Positions 1 to 13,125 of a stretch of 44,171 bases of DNA are shown one piece after another. Position 1 is the first letter of the stretch, and each line of letters starts with the position of its first letter. The DNA comes from Spizellomyces punctatus DAOM BR117 (Eukaryota). A program made the translations under genes and the position numbers. The notes under the pieces were generated by a model that was not told the origin of the DNA, made no database searches, and saw nothing but the letters and a program-made list of their open reading frames with translations. The stretch lies in NCBI GenBank assembly GCA_000182565.2, contig KQ257468.1; one strand, written 5' to 3'.

Positions 1-1503
1 CGACGAATAAACAAAGTCCAACGCACTGGGGAGGATTTAAGGAAGAACATCCTGGAAGCCGGTGGCATGCAGACAAAAGCAAAGGTGCAACTGAAACTCG
101 TCCTTGATGCTGAGGCAGATGTCGAGATAAACATTTGGCTGTCCTACGGTAAGCGGTGTCGGTAATTTTACGTTTCTTCGTCGATTTTATTATTAACACT
201 TTCTGGCCACGGATCAGTCATTCTCAAGGCTTCCTGGTCGCCATCATACGATATACGGGTCTCCACAACAGATAAGAAACTTAGCTTAACCTACAAGGCA
301 GAAGTACGCCAAGCTACAGGGGAGGATTGGACCAACGTGGAAATGTCGCTGTCAACGGCCATGCCGACATCAGCCGGAGACTGCCCAGAGTTTGCGAATC
401 CTTGGACCATTAGTACTTTTCGGATGCCAGTAGTGAGACCAACCGTTCGGAGTCTTATGGCGCGGGGCTCAGCCTTTGGTGCTCCGCCGCCCATGGCATC
501 AGCTCCCGCTCCGATGGTGGGTGCTTTTGGAGGGGCACCAGGTGGTGGGTCATTGTTCGGTTCGACTGCTGCCGGATTCGGTGCGGCTGCAAAAGCCTCT
601 CGGAGCGATGATATGATCGATTATGAAGATCAAGATGTCCAGACATTAGCTGCCCCAGCGCAGATGATACACCAGGTGGCCCAAGCAACTTCTGGGTTGG
701 TGTCCGCATCCTTTCATATCCAAACGAAAGCCAATATTCCCAGCGATAACGTCCCACATACGGTAACTGGTAGGTACACTTTCGTGTTGCGCAAGACAAT
801 TCATACGGTGATTCTCACGTATTCGGCCTCTTTGGATTAAAAGTCGCCCTCCTCAAGTTGGTGCCTGCATTCGAGTACGCGGCTGTTCCAAAACTTTCTC
901 CTGCAGCCTATCTCAAAGCGAAGCTGCGCAACACATCGGAGTACGCATTACTTCCGGGGCCCGCCAACATTTTTGTTGACGGGAACTTTGTTGCGAAATC
1001 ATCTCTCAAGAATGTTGCACCCGAAGAGGACTTTGAGTGTTCTCTAGGGTAAGGGCCATCGTTTTTTTGTCTTGCAGTAATGTAATCTTACATATGTTCA
1101 ATCGTGACGGTCTCTCTCCGTATCATATAGCGTCGACCATGCCATTCGTATCACGTACAAACCGGTGACAAAATCTCGCCAGACCGCCGGTGTTTTCAGC
1201 AAAAACGTTACTTTGCGCCATACTCAGCGCCTCAATGTCAAAAATACCAAACGTGTAGCAGCCACCTTGCGTGTTTCGGATCAAGTACCCATTAGCGAGG
1301 ACGAAAAGATCAAAGTCACCATAGTAAAACCTGTGAATGGGGAGGCCTCTAAAGATATGGACGTGGCTCATAAGGATAAAGGGCTTATTGAATGGACGCT
1401 CACGGATGTGCAGCCTGCCAGCGACCTGGACCTGGAGCTTGTGTATGAAATTACATATCCGCAAGGGACAATTGTTTCTGGTATGTACCCATTTCCAGAT
1501 TGA
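1..1503 (+). CDS. DUF4139/DUF4140 (mucoidy inhibitor MuiA-like) protein, 5' end outside window
   Basis: Introns at about 149-217, 770-843 and 1049-1130 join one frame: ASWSPSYDIRV..YKAEVRQATGEDWTNVEMSLSTAMP..IPSDNVPHTVTV..AVPKLSPAAYLKAKLRNTSEYALLPGPANIFVDGNFV..SLGVDHAIRITY. These are DUF4139-type motifs. Stop at 1501-1503. Confidence 0.85.
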
Positions 1504-3227
1504 TGGCTGATGTAGCAGGGTTTGATGCTCAACACCCGATGGTCTCCTAGGAGTTTGATGACCTTGACGCTATCCGGGATGCTGTTTTATCATGGATACA
1601 AACGTTCACAGATCTTCATTATATACCCTTTGTGTACTGTTAGCAAAAGCCAAGAACCGTACATCCATGCTGCTTTGAATGTATATTGTTTTAAGTTAGG
1701 ATCTTGTTTGGAGGACCTCCCCTGATTTCTGATTTATGAAGAATGTCCAATGTCCCCGGTGGACAATAAACTGGCGATATTTCGTATGCGAGTTCAGACA
1801 AAGTGGCCAGAGGTTGACATCAGTAAGTCAGCTAGTATATACTGTTGGCAAAGAAAACATCATCAAATTCGAACCTACGGTGAAAGCGTTATCCATAAAA
1901 ATGCAAATGAGGGCAGTGCGGTGAGTAAAGCAAACCTCACTGGAGCTGTACTATCTGTACTACAAAATTCCTTGATGGCTGCATCATGTCAATTCCCCAC
2001 AAAGACGGAGGCATCAAATACGGACAGGAAAGGTAAGGAACGATAATAGAAATCAGTGCGAGTGCCTTCCGTCCCACATCGACAAGTCCTATGTAGGAAA
2101 TCCAGCAGTGCCTTTTCTGGAACATCACAATACTGCATGGGACGAGGGTGTGGAGAAATGATTGGGACTCTCGATGAAAGTCTCTTGTTTACATTGGAAA
2201 GATTTCCTCCGAGACTGGATGGGCAATTCGAAGAGCCTAAGTATCCAGCCACTATTCATTGCCAATTCTGGTATCCTGCACTGAGCTTTGAAAGGAAGAG
2301 AAGCAAGTGTGTTTGTTTGACAAGGAGGTGATGGCCGCGCTGTGACAACGTAGCGCTCCAATGAGGAATGCCTGATAGCAGAAGCTTGAGTCGGCCACTG
2401 ACATACGTAGCGCATGATGATCCCTTCGAGCACCTCGTCCGAGTCAGGTAGGTCAGCTAGGAACCCAAGCTGCCCGCGAAGGATGTGCATGTGCAAGGAC
2501 GTTACTTTCAAGCGTCCAGTTAAATCGGGATTTTCGCCACCATATCCAGCATCGTCATACCCAACAAGGTTTGCGGGCATGTATGCCCGCAGGATGTTCA
2601 GAAGCCTATTCCGTAAAGATGTGGGCATGCCACTTGCATTTACATGGTTTCAAAAGATTCTTCTAATGCAAACTAACCAACATGTCTTCCCCCCTCTGGT
2701 GCATTCTCGAGTTGCAAGCACGGCTGTCTCTATGTTCATTCATTCATATTCCACGTAGTCATACGTTCACTCATGTCGTTGGTTCTGACAAGTCGCCGTC
2801 GACAGCCCCGGGATTAATCGGACCATCACTGCTTTCCTACTTTTGCTGCTCGCCGTGAAAGCAGTCAATTTTTGAAGAAATCTGAACGTGTTAGTTACAT
2901 CTACCATTAGTTTCGTGCTGCTTACTTGTCAGGATCTACTTTGGCTGAGTCGCTTACCAAGACACAAGCGGCAGCAAAAAAGTAGAAATCACACCGTGGA
3001 AATAACAAGCGATGAACGAAATGTCCTTCTGGTTGCGAAAATGTCCTTTTGGTTGCTGTTCTTCACTGCCCCACACGTGTAGCTTCAGCTGGTTTTTGGC
3101 GAAATCGGTAATCTGAAAGGGCTGCGGGTCGCCCACGCAGCTGAACGGCAGATGCGCCGCTCTCTTGCCGCCAAAAAAAAGGACAATAGTCTTGGCGGGC
3201 GCATGTCCAAAGCTCAACAGTCTGGTC

Positions 3228-3235
3228 TATAAAAG
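3228..3235 (+). promoter_or_regulatory. TATA box (TATAAAAG) upstream of small secreted protein
   Basis: Canonical TATAAAAG about 140 nt upstream of the ATG at 3371. Confidence 0.5.
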
Positions 3236-3370
3236 GAGCCCATGTGGAGGACTCCACCAGTTTTAGCAAGCTTTCTGCATCAACCTCATCGACATCCAAG
3301 TAGGTAAAGAGCCCCATCATCAAATATCCCAACAGTACACACAGCTTACAATGTCCCACTCAGCTTTACA

Positions 3371-3667
3371 ATGAAGATTCCCGCGATTGCCGCTGTTGTT
3401 GGCCTCCTTGCTACCCCCGCCCTGGGCTTCCAGCTTGACGTCTACACTCAGGACAACTATGCTGGCCAACACAAGTCCCTCACCAACACGGGATCCCTCT
3501 CTGGCCAATTCCATTCCTACAAGTGGCAAGGCACTCGTTCCGGCCATTGCGCCCAGTTCTGTAACGGAAACAGGGACCTTGGTTACCGCTGCGATGATTA
3601 CAGCAACAATGCCATCTGGTTTACCAAGGCCATTGTTTACAAGTACCCTAACAAGCCTGGATGTTAA
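3371..3667 (+). CDS. Small secreted cysteine-containing protein, beta/gamma-crystallin-like (98 aa)
   Basis: Intronless ORF with signal peptide MKIPAIAAVVGLLATPALG. Mature part starts FQLDVYTQDNYAGQ, resembling the crystallin Greek-key Y-x-x-x-x-Y/F-x-G motif. Four Cys; strong C-ending codon bias. Confidence 0.75.
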   Translation: MKIPAIAAVVGLLATPALGFQLDVYTQDNYAGQHKSLTNTGSLSGQFHSYKWQGTRSGHCAQFCNGNRDLGYRCDDYSNNAIWFTKAIVYKYPNKPGC

Positions 3668-3789
3668 GAGCGATCGTCATTGGATTAGTGCAAAATGATG
3701 GGTTGCCGAGTTTTGAAGATGGTGTTTTACTCTATGTTTAGATTTCGCTCATAATAAATGCATTTGACATGGTCACGAAAATTCATTGG

Positions 3790-5061
3790 TTATTCTCGTA
3801 TCAGAACATATTCGCTACAGGTTGGACACAATGGGTTCCGCTCCTGTGCTGCCACTCGATATCCCATCGTGTCAAGATCCTTCATCAGCGCTATCACGCT
3901 ATGCAGCCACGTTCCTTTTGTAGGCACTTGTCCAGGCTCCCCGGTGTGAACTTCAACCAGGATTTGCTTTGGAAGGAATGACTCTGTCTCAGCTTTTAAG
4001 CTCTCAAAAACCGGCCATTCAAACCTGCCAAAAAAAAAAAAAGAAATCAATTGCCCTGTTTGATTGCGAAACGTGTTCTAGCAAATCACCTACCCCTCAA
4101 TATCCATCTTTAGGAGCGATATGTGCGATATTCGCAATTCCTTGGCTATAGTGGAGAGCCGCTTGTAAGTCCGCCCGTCAATCACCTCATCTTTATCGCC
4201 GATACACCTAGAATGCAAACCAAGGTCTAATCAGCACCTAAAAGCTCGACCTCAAAACAATCCACATGCCTATACCAGGAATGGAAGCTGGTCACCCTAT
4301 TCGACCACTTGCCGGTGCAATCAAAAGTATGTATTTTGCACTTTCCTTTCGTCAGCTTGGATATCGACTCTTCAAACTGCCCTGAAGTGAGACCGGCGCG
4401 TCAGATGGCAAGTTAAGACAAGCCGCGTACATGGAAGTTCCCGTTGGATCCTAGCGAAAAGATGTGACAGTCGTCCTTGCCAATATCCAGCAGCTCTGTG
4501 CACATCCATTTCCCACCGTCCCCATCTTCACCAATGCTATCGTATTCATGCGAATGAATATTTAATGTCAAATAAGATCAATCTGGATCACCGTACCGTT
4601 TAAGCTGGTTGGCGTCGCATTGGTACGTTACAGGAAGAAGATCGAGAACACTGTAGCCTGGCTTTTGGTCTTGAAAGCGCTTTACTGCCGGATGCCCAAG
4701 CGGAAGCTCCTCCAACATTTCCAGCGTGCTTAATACAGCCTTTCTATAAAAAAGATGCAAGAACTCAATGCTGTAGCCCGTCAGGTACTCGGAATACATG
4801 ATCTCACCTTCTAACATCGTTCCAGCATTTCTGAGACTTGCTCCAGTCGCTTATATCTACCTCCTGTTTGAAGCAATCAAGAGCTTCCTCAGCAATAGCC
4901 CCTTGAGAAGAACCAAAGGAGAACGATCGCAGGCGTCGCGGTGTAGACGGGTGAAGATTGAGACCAAAGAAGAGCACCAGAGCGCAGGTGACTATAGCTG
5001 CTGCAATGCATATACTACGAGATCGAAGTCGGCGGACGGGCCCTTCGTTCACCTGGTGCAT
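3790..5061 (-). CDS. Type II membrane SAM-dependent methyltransferase (Methyltransf_22/METTL24-like), multi-exon
   Basis: N-terminal TM (ICIAAAIVTCALVLFFGL). Spliced product has RIGEDGDGGKWMC, HIFSLGSNGNF, QFEESI, CKIHTFDCT, LLKMDIEG-FEW, PKQILVEVH and ERNPLCPTCSEY, which are typical of this family. Confidence 0.85.
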
Positions 5062-6278
5062 AGTATTGGATATTGACGCGTCAAGAAGACATGTCGTCCT
5101 GGAGAACGCGTTCTGTTAGGCTTACGCTAGCACATGTTGGAACGACTACCGTGCTCGATGTGTGGGTACTTTTCCTTACATATGTGAAACTCAAGTGTAT
5201 GGATCCTCTATGCGACACTATCCACATTCGCAACTTTTCCACCTCACCGTCTATCTTTAGAAACCAACCAAGAGAAGCAAGGAGGGAGATGGGCTTTCGT
5301 TTATGATGACCTAGCCAAAGGCGCGGACATAAGAGGCGTCAACCGCTTCTGTTGGCCTTTCATACTAGTGATAGTACATCTGTACAGATCGGTCCCTTCC
5401 TCCGAGAGATGCTTGAAACATTGCTTAGAGAGCATCCACCAGTGTGCTGTTAATCCATGCTTGACTCCCTCTACATTGCTACTCATACGACTGGTGTCTG
5501 TAGGAATTGGAATGCTGTCATGAGAAAGGAGAGGCGAGAACTTTCTCCACGACATGTCGTATGCTCTTTCCAATGTCGATACCTTGGTACAACGATGCGC
5601 TACAATACTTGCCCTGCCGTAATCAAGTTTGAGTCCAGTCTTTCTCTTTGCAGGGAATCAGGTTCTTTTACAAAAGCTTTATTGGTCGGCGTGCTTGCTT
5701 CAAGGTTCAGCATGTTGCTGGGAAGAGCCACGAGCTGAAGCTGGTTTTGCTTTGACATCTTCGCAGCCAGATCATCTCTCTCTCCGGCGCAATATTGACC
5801 AAAATATTGTCCATCAGCTCATGGGCTATACTATCTGTCTGCTTTTCCCAGAAAGGAACAACTATGTGACTGATCTTCACCCGCAACTGTCAAGATGAAA
5901 GAGCCAAGTTCCGAATGTCGCGAGACCACATTTGCGAACGATTGATGGCGTTACTTGCCTAAACCAACGCTACTTTGGCACGGATAACCACAATTCCTGA
6001 GCTTGTTAAGATAATAGACTGGTCAAATTCAAATGGAACAATGACGTCGGAGCGTTAAGCCTAAGGCAGCATCGAAAGCTGTACTCAAAACCAATAACAT
6101 TCTTCTCCGTGGAAGCAGTTCAAATCGCTTCTTGGAAAAAACTATGGAACCACGGAACGTTAACGTCCATATGGTGGTTAGCAAGGCCTTGCGCCAAAGT
6201 CCTGTTAACTGCAAAACCAGTTTTAAATACATGAAAATCAATATATCTAATTTAATTTCTCTTCTAACAAGCCCAATC

Positions 6279-9102
6279 TTAGCCATAGCCAACTTCTGTC
6301 CAATTACCTACCACCGGCCACTTGGACTGGTCGCTACCGTCCAATACTGTACAAATCTGATCAGGGCCACCCCTAAATACTCTTGCACTCGGTCTAAGCG
6401 TTGTAAAGAGTGCAGTTTCCCCAAATCCTGATCTTGAGACGACGTGGTAGTCCATATCCAACTGGACAAGCCAGTCGAGATAAGCGCGCCAGTGTGTTCG
6501 TTTGTGCGCGTTCACGTCCAGCTGCGGCGTCTTGTCTATGTGAGTTATCGGACCTGCAGTGATAGGCAACCGTGTCAGAAATGGTGCAATTAGATACACT
6601 CGGAAGACAAAAGGCAGCGGACGTTGATCGAAGCTTTTGTAGTGCAATCCGAGTGGCATTCGTAATATCAACCCGAGCCCAAAGCAGTATGATCGGGGTC
6701 CGCTGCCTTATGTCCACTGAATATCTGTACAAAGAGGACAGCCAAACTAACCAGCAATTGCGAACGACTTGTATCCAAGGGATGTGAGTGATCGGCTCAG
6801 AGTCTTCTGTGCCTGTGTAGAATCTGCGGTTATGAAGAAGATAACCTCGCTCTTGCGAAGCCCTCGATCAAGCGCAAACTGCACTCCGCGTGCGACGTAA
6901 CATACGGAGGCGTCGAGCGGCATCCGACCCGCAACGTCAGCCGCAAACGCTGGCTCCCCCGTACCGCCGCCAGCGCGAAATTGAATACCGATTTTAATGG
7001 CAGATCTGTAGCCGTCGATATCGCTGCGCACAGCTTCCAACATCTGCTTTAGCGGTGGTGAAGGTGCGAATAGCGCACGTATCACGGTTCCCAACAAGGC
7101 TTCGCGGTTGAAGGTAAGGAGCGAGTACCACTCAATTAGCGGCCGCCAATATGGGTTTTGAAGCATGAGGTGTAAGAGATCCATATTCGCGTGCAGGTAC
7201 ACAATATCAGCATCAATCCACGGGTCAGGCTTTTCATAAAGACTCTTGGCGTTTGCAGTTGTGTCGACCAAGTCAATCAGACTGACTTCAATGGTCTTTC
7301 GGCCTGTAGCCCAAGACTTGTCGAATCTCCAGTCGAAGCTTGCCGGTATGAGATAATCTTCCAGTGCATCCGGGAAACTTATATCAATACCGAGCGACCG
7401 GTTGGTAAATACACCGTAGTATACGGATGTAATCGCTCCTTTCACTCGATCCCCAAGACCCCCGCAATATGTGCTTCGGCAAACTAACACAACCCAACGC
7501 GATGTCCGTGGGTTGGCTCGCGCTGTTTGCATAGACTGCTCGTAATCGCGTAGCATCCGATCGAGGCCAAGCCGATGCTTCACTCGATCCGCTGTTAAGG
7601 CGCCTAATCCAGTAAAATTGTGAACTACATTGAATGTTTCCGAAATCGCTAGATCTGCTTTTCCCGCATCTGCATCGGCTGGATAGACTGACACGGGCAC
7701 CTTCGGAGGGTTTGTCACGTCCGTAGGAATGGCAGGACTATGATCCTATCAGAGAGCTAAGTGGTCATATTTCGATGCGAATGAATATTGCAATACCTAC
7801 CACAGAAACACTGCTATTAGCAGCAGATTGCCAAGGAAGGCTACTCAATGATACCTCTCCGTTCTTACAACCGAATGTGTTCTGCAGTGCCCAGACCGGC
7901 TGAAAGATTTCATCTGAGGTGACAGGGCGTGTCATTGCGTCCTTTGGGAACACTCCGAGAATTCTCCATCCCGCAAACAACTTTGGCAGTCGCAAAGGCC
8001 CGTAAATACGGTGAGCATTCCAATCGAGCCGGTCAAAACAGCATGGAACGCCAATGAACATGAAGCCGCCAGGTTTGACAACTGTCAGCATCTTGGCCAT
8101 CGTCTGGAGATCACCGGATGGATTCAAGTTGTCGCCGTAGCGTCCCAAGCCGTCGTGCTCCAGAGAGGAGTACGTGAAGACAAAGTCAAAAGGGCGTATT
8201 GAACCCTGAATAAATCCCAGCGAGAACTGCTTCGGTGTGAACGTGGTAATCTGAGGATGTTTTGAGTCGATGGACCCAAACTCTAGAGTGGTAACATGTT
8301 CCGCGCCATATTCAAGCAAGAAGGCTTCAAGCCACGGATTCTCTGAGCCTATGACAAGGCCGCGTTTGCCTTTGACTGCGACCGCTGCGTGGGCGTTGAG
8401 CACGTCGTAAATAGGCTCATTGGGATAGTTGAACCCGGCTACTTTCTTGCGCACTCCTTGCCGGTAAAGTTCCACTTGTTCCTTGGTCCAATCTGATACG
8501 AGAGCTTTATTGCCAAGATAGGCCTTTCCGGCAAGAAAATCTTAGCTGAAGGTAGTCGAATATCGCAGTTGGCTGGATCTTATGTCCAAATTTCACACCT
8601 GATCAAAATACCGCTGAACTACAGGAATACTCCCATTAAATGTATAGTCATCCAAGAGAACTGATGGGATCTCGGAAGGAGCAGGACCATATCTTGCTGC
8701 ACAGAAATGTGTCAGATGGATGCAATACAATGAACCGCAGCGATTGGTATCGTGTCAATTCTACATTGACGGGAACACACCTGTTTCCGCTTTTAGCCAG
8801 GCTTCGAGGAGTGGGAACTCTGGTTTGGCCAGAGGCTTGATATGAGCAGTGGCCGCATCCACATCTGGCTCAACCCAGACACAATCCCTATTGACAGGTT
8901 GCACTGCATCCGCACGGCTGGATGCTTCTGTAGTCTCTTCGTTCGTTAAAGCGGAATGCACCTCCGGAGACCCGAGAAACATGGGTTTGCGCAGCAGATC
9001 GCGGGGCAGGAGTAGAAAGCTGAGAGACAGCAAGCATATGAAGAGGACGCCGGTAGCGTTGCGCAGGAGTCGCCATGAACAAAACGCTTGATTTGCAAAC
9101 AT
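6279..9102 (-). CDS. Type II membrane fusion protein: DUF268 (methyltransferase-like) + GDP-fucose-type GT-B glycosyltransferase (GT37/GT23/GT11-like)
   Basis: TM GVLFICLLSLSFLLL. DUF268 motifs LVIGSENPWLE, SSLEHDGLGRYGDNLNPSGDL, KPGG and NAHRIYG. A 55-nt phase-0 intron (7746-7800) joins SSVSV to DHSPAIPTDVTNPPK in frame. Fucosyltransferase motifs CGGLGDR, IGIQFRAG, FFITADS and, after intron 6554-6751, YLDWLVQLDMDYHVVSRSGFGETA. The start could be the upstream in-frame ATG at 9123 or 9147. Confidence 0.8.
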
Positions 9103-9427
9103 TGTCACTCCACCACTCCACATTGAAACTTCGCAAGCAAGTACCATGAAAAGTCAGGACTGAATTGATGGACGCGTTGAAGGACGCGTCCTGCTGCGCA
9201 CGATCATTACAATCGCCAGCGGAAGTGTTTTCTCCTTGCAAATCGCTGCCAGCAGGCAGTCCCACTCCTCCAGAATATTGCCACAGATCATTCATCCAAA
9301 CTCTTGGCTGCGTATCACCTTTATTTGACATTGAATACTACTACACAATATCCTACGACTAAGCCAAAAACATATAATAGGCTACTGATGAAGAATGATA
9401 AGAATGTCAAATCAACATAAATCGCTG

Positions 9428-10348
9428 TTATTTCTTTGGTTTTTCCTTGGGAACGACGGTTTGCTGTGCAGAGAAGGAAGATCCAGTTAAAGATGCATCT
9501 GAATAGCTCGGCAACTCATCCTCGATGATTGGATTGGGTGTCAGGAGGAAGGGGTCTTGACGGCTTCTTTCCTCGTCTTCCTCACCACCATTGACCGGGA
9601 GGTAGATAAATCCTACAGGAGTCACACCATACTTTTCTGGGTAATCGCGGAGCTCTTGGTAGTAACTCCAAATACAAAGACCAAAGTAGATCTAGAGGCA
9701 GGGTAAATGTCAATAAGGAGACGCCGGGTCTAGCTGCAGTGAAGCGAAAAACTGAAAACACCAAGTCCTTACGGAAACAGCGAAGCACAGCCCTCCCACA
9801 ATCGTATAGGCCGCAAAAGCAACCTTGATCAAGAGATTACAATCGGTATTATTCTCATAGTTGTGTTGTCGGCAAAACTCTTCCAACAGCGGAGCGCTTG
9901 CCGTGAGAGCGATCACAGTTAAGATGAAAACAAAAAGCGACAGGGCGACACTAATCCACTTGTAGATGGCAAAAGCTTTCACGTAAACAATGCGATTCTA
10001 CCACCGAGAACATAGCGGCGTGAGGAAATGGCTGGAATACACCACAAGACAATAACAAAGGCAGTTACCTTGATGGCACCATAAAGTCCTAACCCCACCA
10101 TAGCCATGTCGAACCAGCGCAGTGAATTGATTAGAGGTGAATTGAGTACGGGTGCATTGGAAGATTTGGGTAACAGTGCATTCGGAGAAACGATGTCATT
10201 CAACTACAGAACAGAGCTGCAATTTCAATCCTAGGTTGCGCATACTTGTACTTGATAAAACGATCGTTCCTACCAAGAGAATCGTCGCAATGATGATAAA
10301 CCCAGTGCGCAGATCTATGCTGCAGCAGCAGCTTCCGAGTACTGGCAT
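9428..10348 (-). CDS. Four-TM membrane protein, LAPTM/tetraspanin-like, multi-exon
   Basis: N-terminus MPVLGSCCCSIDLRTGFIII (CCC..LRTG pattern), four hydrophobic segments, a luminal Cys pair (FCRQHNYENNTDC), and a C-terminal ELPSY (PY-type) motif. Confidence 0.6.
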
Positions 10349-13125
10349 CCTTTTTCCGAATAGTGCGCTGTAATGCAGACGAAGCTAGTGTTAAATTCTT
10401 GGCGGAGAGAAAGGTTTTGTGCTTTGAGGAAAAGCGTTCAGCTGCTTATAAGTTGCTGATGGTAGTCACGTGCCAAGCGCCTTGAGCGCCTCTCAACAAG
10501 CTGAAACTCGCCATTCCGCAGCCCATTACCATTATGTTTGTTGAGCTTTGCTTGTATTCAAGATGAAGGTATAGATATCTACAATATATATTTAAAGACG
10601 TCTCTAGGAAATATGGGATGAAGAAATATGGGTAAGATAGATAGATGGATTGGGCGATTTCAGGATCATCAGGATGATCGACTCTCGGTATTGATATCTT
10701 CTGCTCATGGTCCAATGTTAATGAGTGTACATCGGACTAGTGCGTACCGATCATTCACTGTGATCCGAGTTGGCTATATCAGAGCAATATCCAGTACATC
10801 GAGCAAATCCACCGCTTACATGCACACGAAGATATTGAAATACCACGTATAGATCCATACTTCTTTTTCTTGCTACTAATATCGTCATACCCATTCTTTG
10901 TATAATCTCTGTTCACAAGGTGCATTAGAGATTCATGATTGCCAAGGATGCTGTCTGCACGATTCCGGCTGCGTTGTGATCGGCTTTCTGGTTTCAGGTA
11001 AGGTAGCCAGATACCACATGGTGGGACTCTGATTAATCATCACGACGCCGATACCTTGGGAGACTAATTAGCGCACACTAAGCTCCGGCGGGACGCTTTC
11101 GGGAGCAAACCGCCATGTAGCGCTATACGGTTCTGCGTCTGCGCTCTTCGCCTTTGCAATTTTGAGTCTCCCGCCGACTATAAGTACCAGTTTCTGTGAA
11201 GTGGGATATGTTGTAGTTTTCGAGGCTTTTTATCCAGTTATTGGTTGTAACTGCATCATGGTGCTGAAACTTGGGTGTCCGACTCTGGGGGATAAGTAGA
11301 AAAAAAGTGAACTAAGGTATTCATTATACTCCGTCCTTCATTCTGCGTGCTTCCGAAATTTTTGTGCGTCAACCTCATGGTTGAATATTTGATAGAGCCC
11401 GTCCATCAGGGAAGTTATGAACAGAGAGTACTTTCCATAACCCAATCTGAGTCGGCATCGATGTCCCGAAATCAACAAGTATAACTAGCGTTTTTGAAAA
11501 AACAACAAGCGCATGATCTAAACGTTGCGCTGGAAGCAGAATTGAATTTTGTCATCGCTTCAACAACGAGAGATGCAGTAAGTTTGCTTTCGTTAGGTTT
11601 GCGACACCCGCATCCGAGAGTATCGGATTTGCAATTAAAAGAAACGGTGGTGAAGGAATATGTCTCGGAAACGATTTTTGATTTCTGTGCCGGACGCTGG
11701 CAGTACGACCAGTTTGAAAGAGTCCTAGAAACGTATATTTGATATCATGACAAGGGCATTCGCAGGATATGCCATGACCCATTTTATGCTAACATTCTTA
11801 CGAGGTTGGTTTCGGACCCTCTGTTGGTCTCATGCGCGCGCAACTACTTTGTGCTTCCAGAGCCGCAAGCAATAAAGATATCCCCGCTTCTCGCAGTTGT
11901 CTTAAGGGGCTAGCTAGAGACAAAGAGACAGGAGATGTTTGAAAAGGACACGGATTACACGCTAGTCGTTGAGGGTGATTTAGCCATCTGTACCTACTTC
12001 CCATTCAAATTAGTGCAACTAGAGATAAATATGGCTCCGTTAGGCAGTAAACCACTATTCTGGATAGCAGAAATATATGCTTTAACTGAGATGACTTGAT
12101 GGGTGGTAACGGAGGGGTGCTTGAGTTCCTCGAACTCCCTGTGCATGTTCTTCATCGTAATTGTCGATATGGGACATCGAAGGCACCACACGCGGACTTC
12201 CTTTTGCAGATCTACATTTACACAGTAGAGAATCTATATGATTCTAATCTGGATCAATTTTCTTAATGATGTATGAATTTTAAGCATAAGACTGCATATA
12301 TTGACGTTAATTATCTCAGTCAATGTGTGATATCTAGTTACCACTGATATAAACTGGGTTCCACCCGATGTGTAGCGTTTATACAGATGGGTAATGTACT
12401 CCACTTCTAAGCTTATTACAATATAGCGCTCGAGTATAAACACTTCTCAGAGCAAGACTATCTCGCGTGAATGCAGAAAATATGCTTAAGTTCCCGGCTC
12501 CTGTAAGTGAGCTTTCCTGAACATGCACGGGTCACGATTTCATGTTGCATAGGAATGATTAGAATATCACATCCCATGACAAACCACAAAGAACTGTACA
12601 GAGGCGGTACATGACGTCTCGCCGTGCCGCACATCATTCGAACGAAAAAGCATATCTTCATCTCTCACTCCTCTGAAAGTCAACCAAGTGGAGAATCGCT
12701 TCAACTAGATAGAATGCAAGCGACAGCTTCTCGGTTGCCAATCCACTTTAACGGTACTAACTTTGTTACGGCTACGCATGCAAGCCCTCTACGGTGGTAG
12801 GGTGTACAAACAGAACACCATCGTCAATAAAACAAGTAGGGGTCTGAAAATAACCAGCCCGAATACAGCTACCCAACTACCCCTCGTCCTATTTAAATAC
12901 ATAGAAAATGAGTGATGAGTGAATGCTTGCATGGGATAGTCAAGGCAAATGCACTCATCAGATTGCTGGAAGGGCAATAACTTCAATCAATGCAAGTCGT
13001 CCTGTATTGTTTACCTTTATAACGATGCCACAATAAATGTGGTTAATGCAAGTGGCTTACGGCATCAAGCAGCGACACGCTCGCGACGCGTCCAGCTCTC
13101 CTTTTGTTCAAACGTTCAAAACAAA

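Noticed and set aside
5300-6000. Possible MULE transposase relic (TSRMSSNVEGVKH)
   Set aside because: The resemblance is too faint and fragmented to support without a search.
11200-12200. Coding-like fragment around ORF 11494-11742
   Set aside because: No ATG start, no recognisable motif, and no consistent exon chain.
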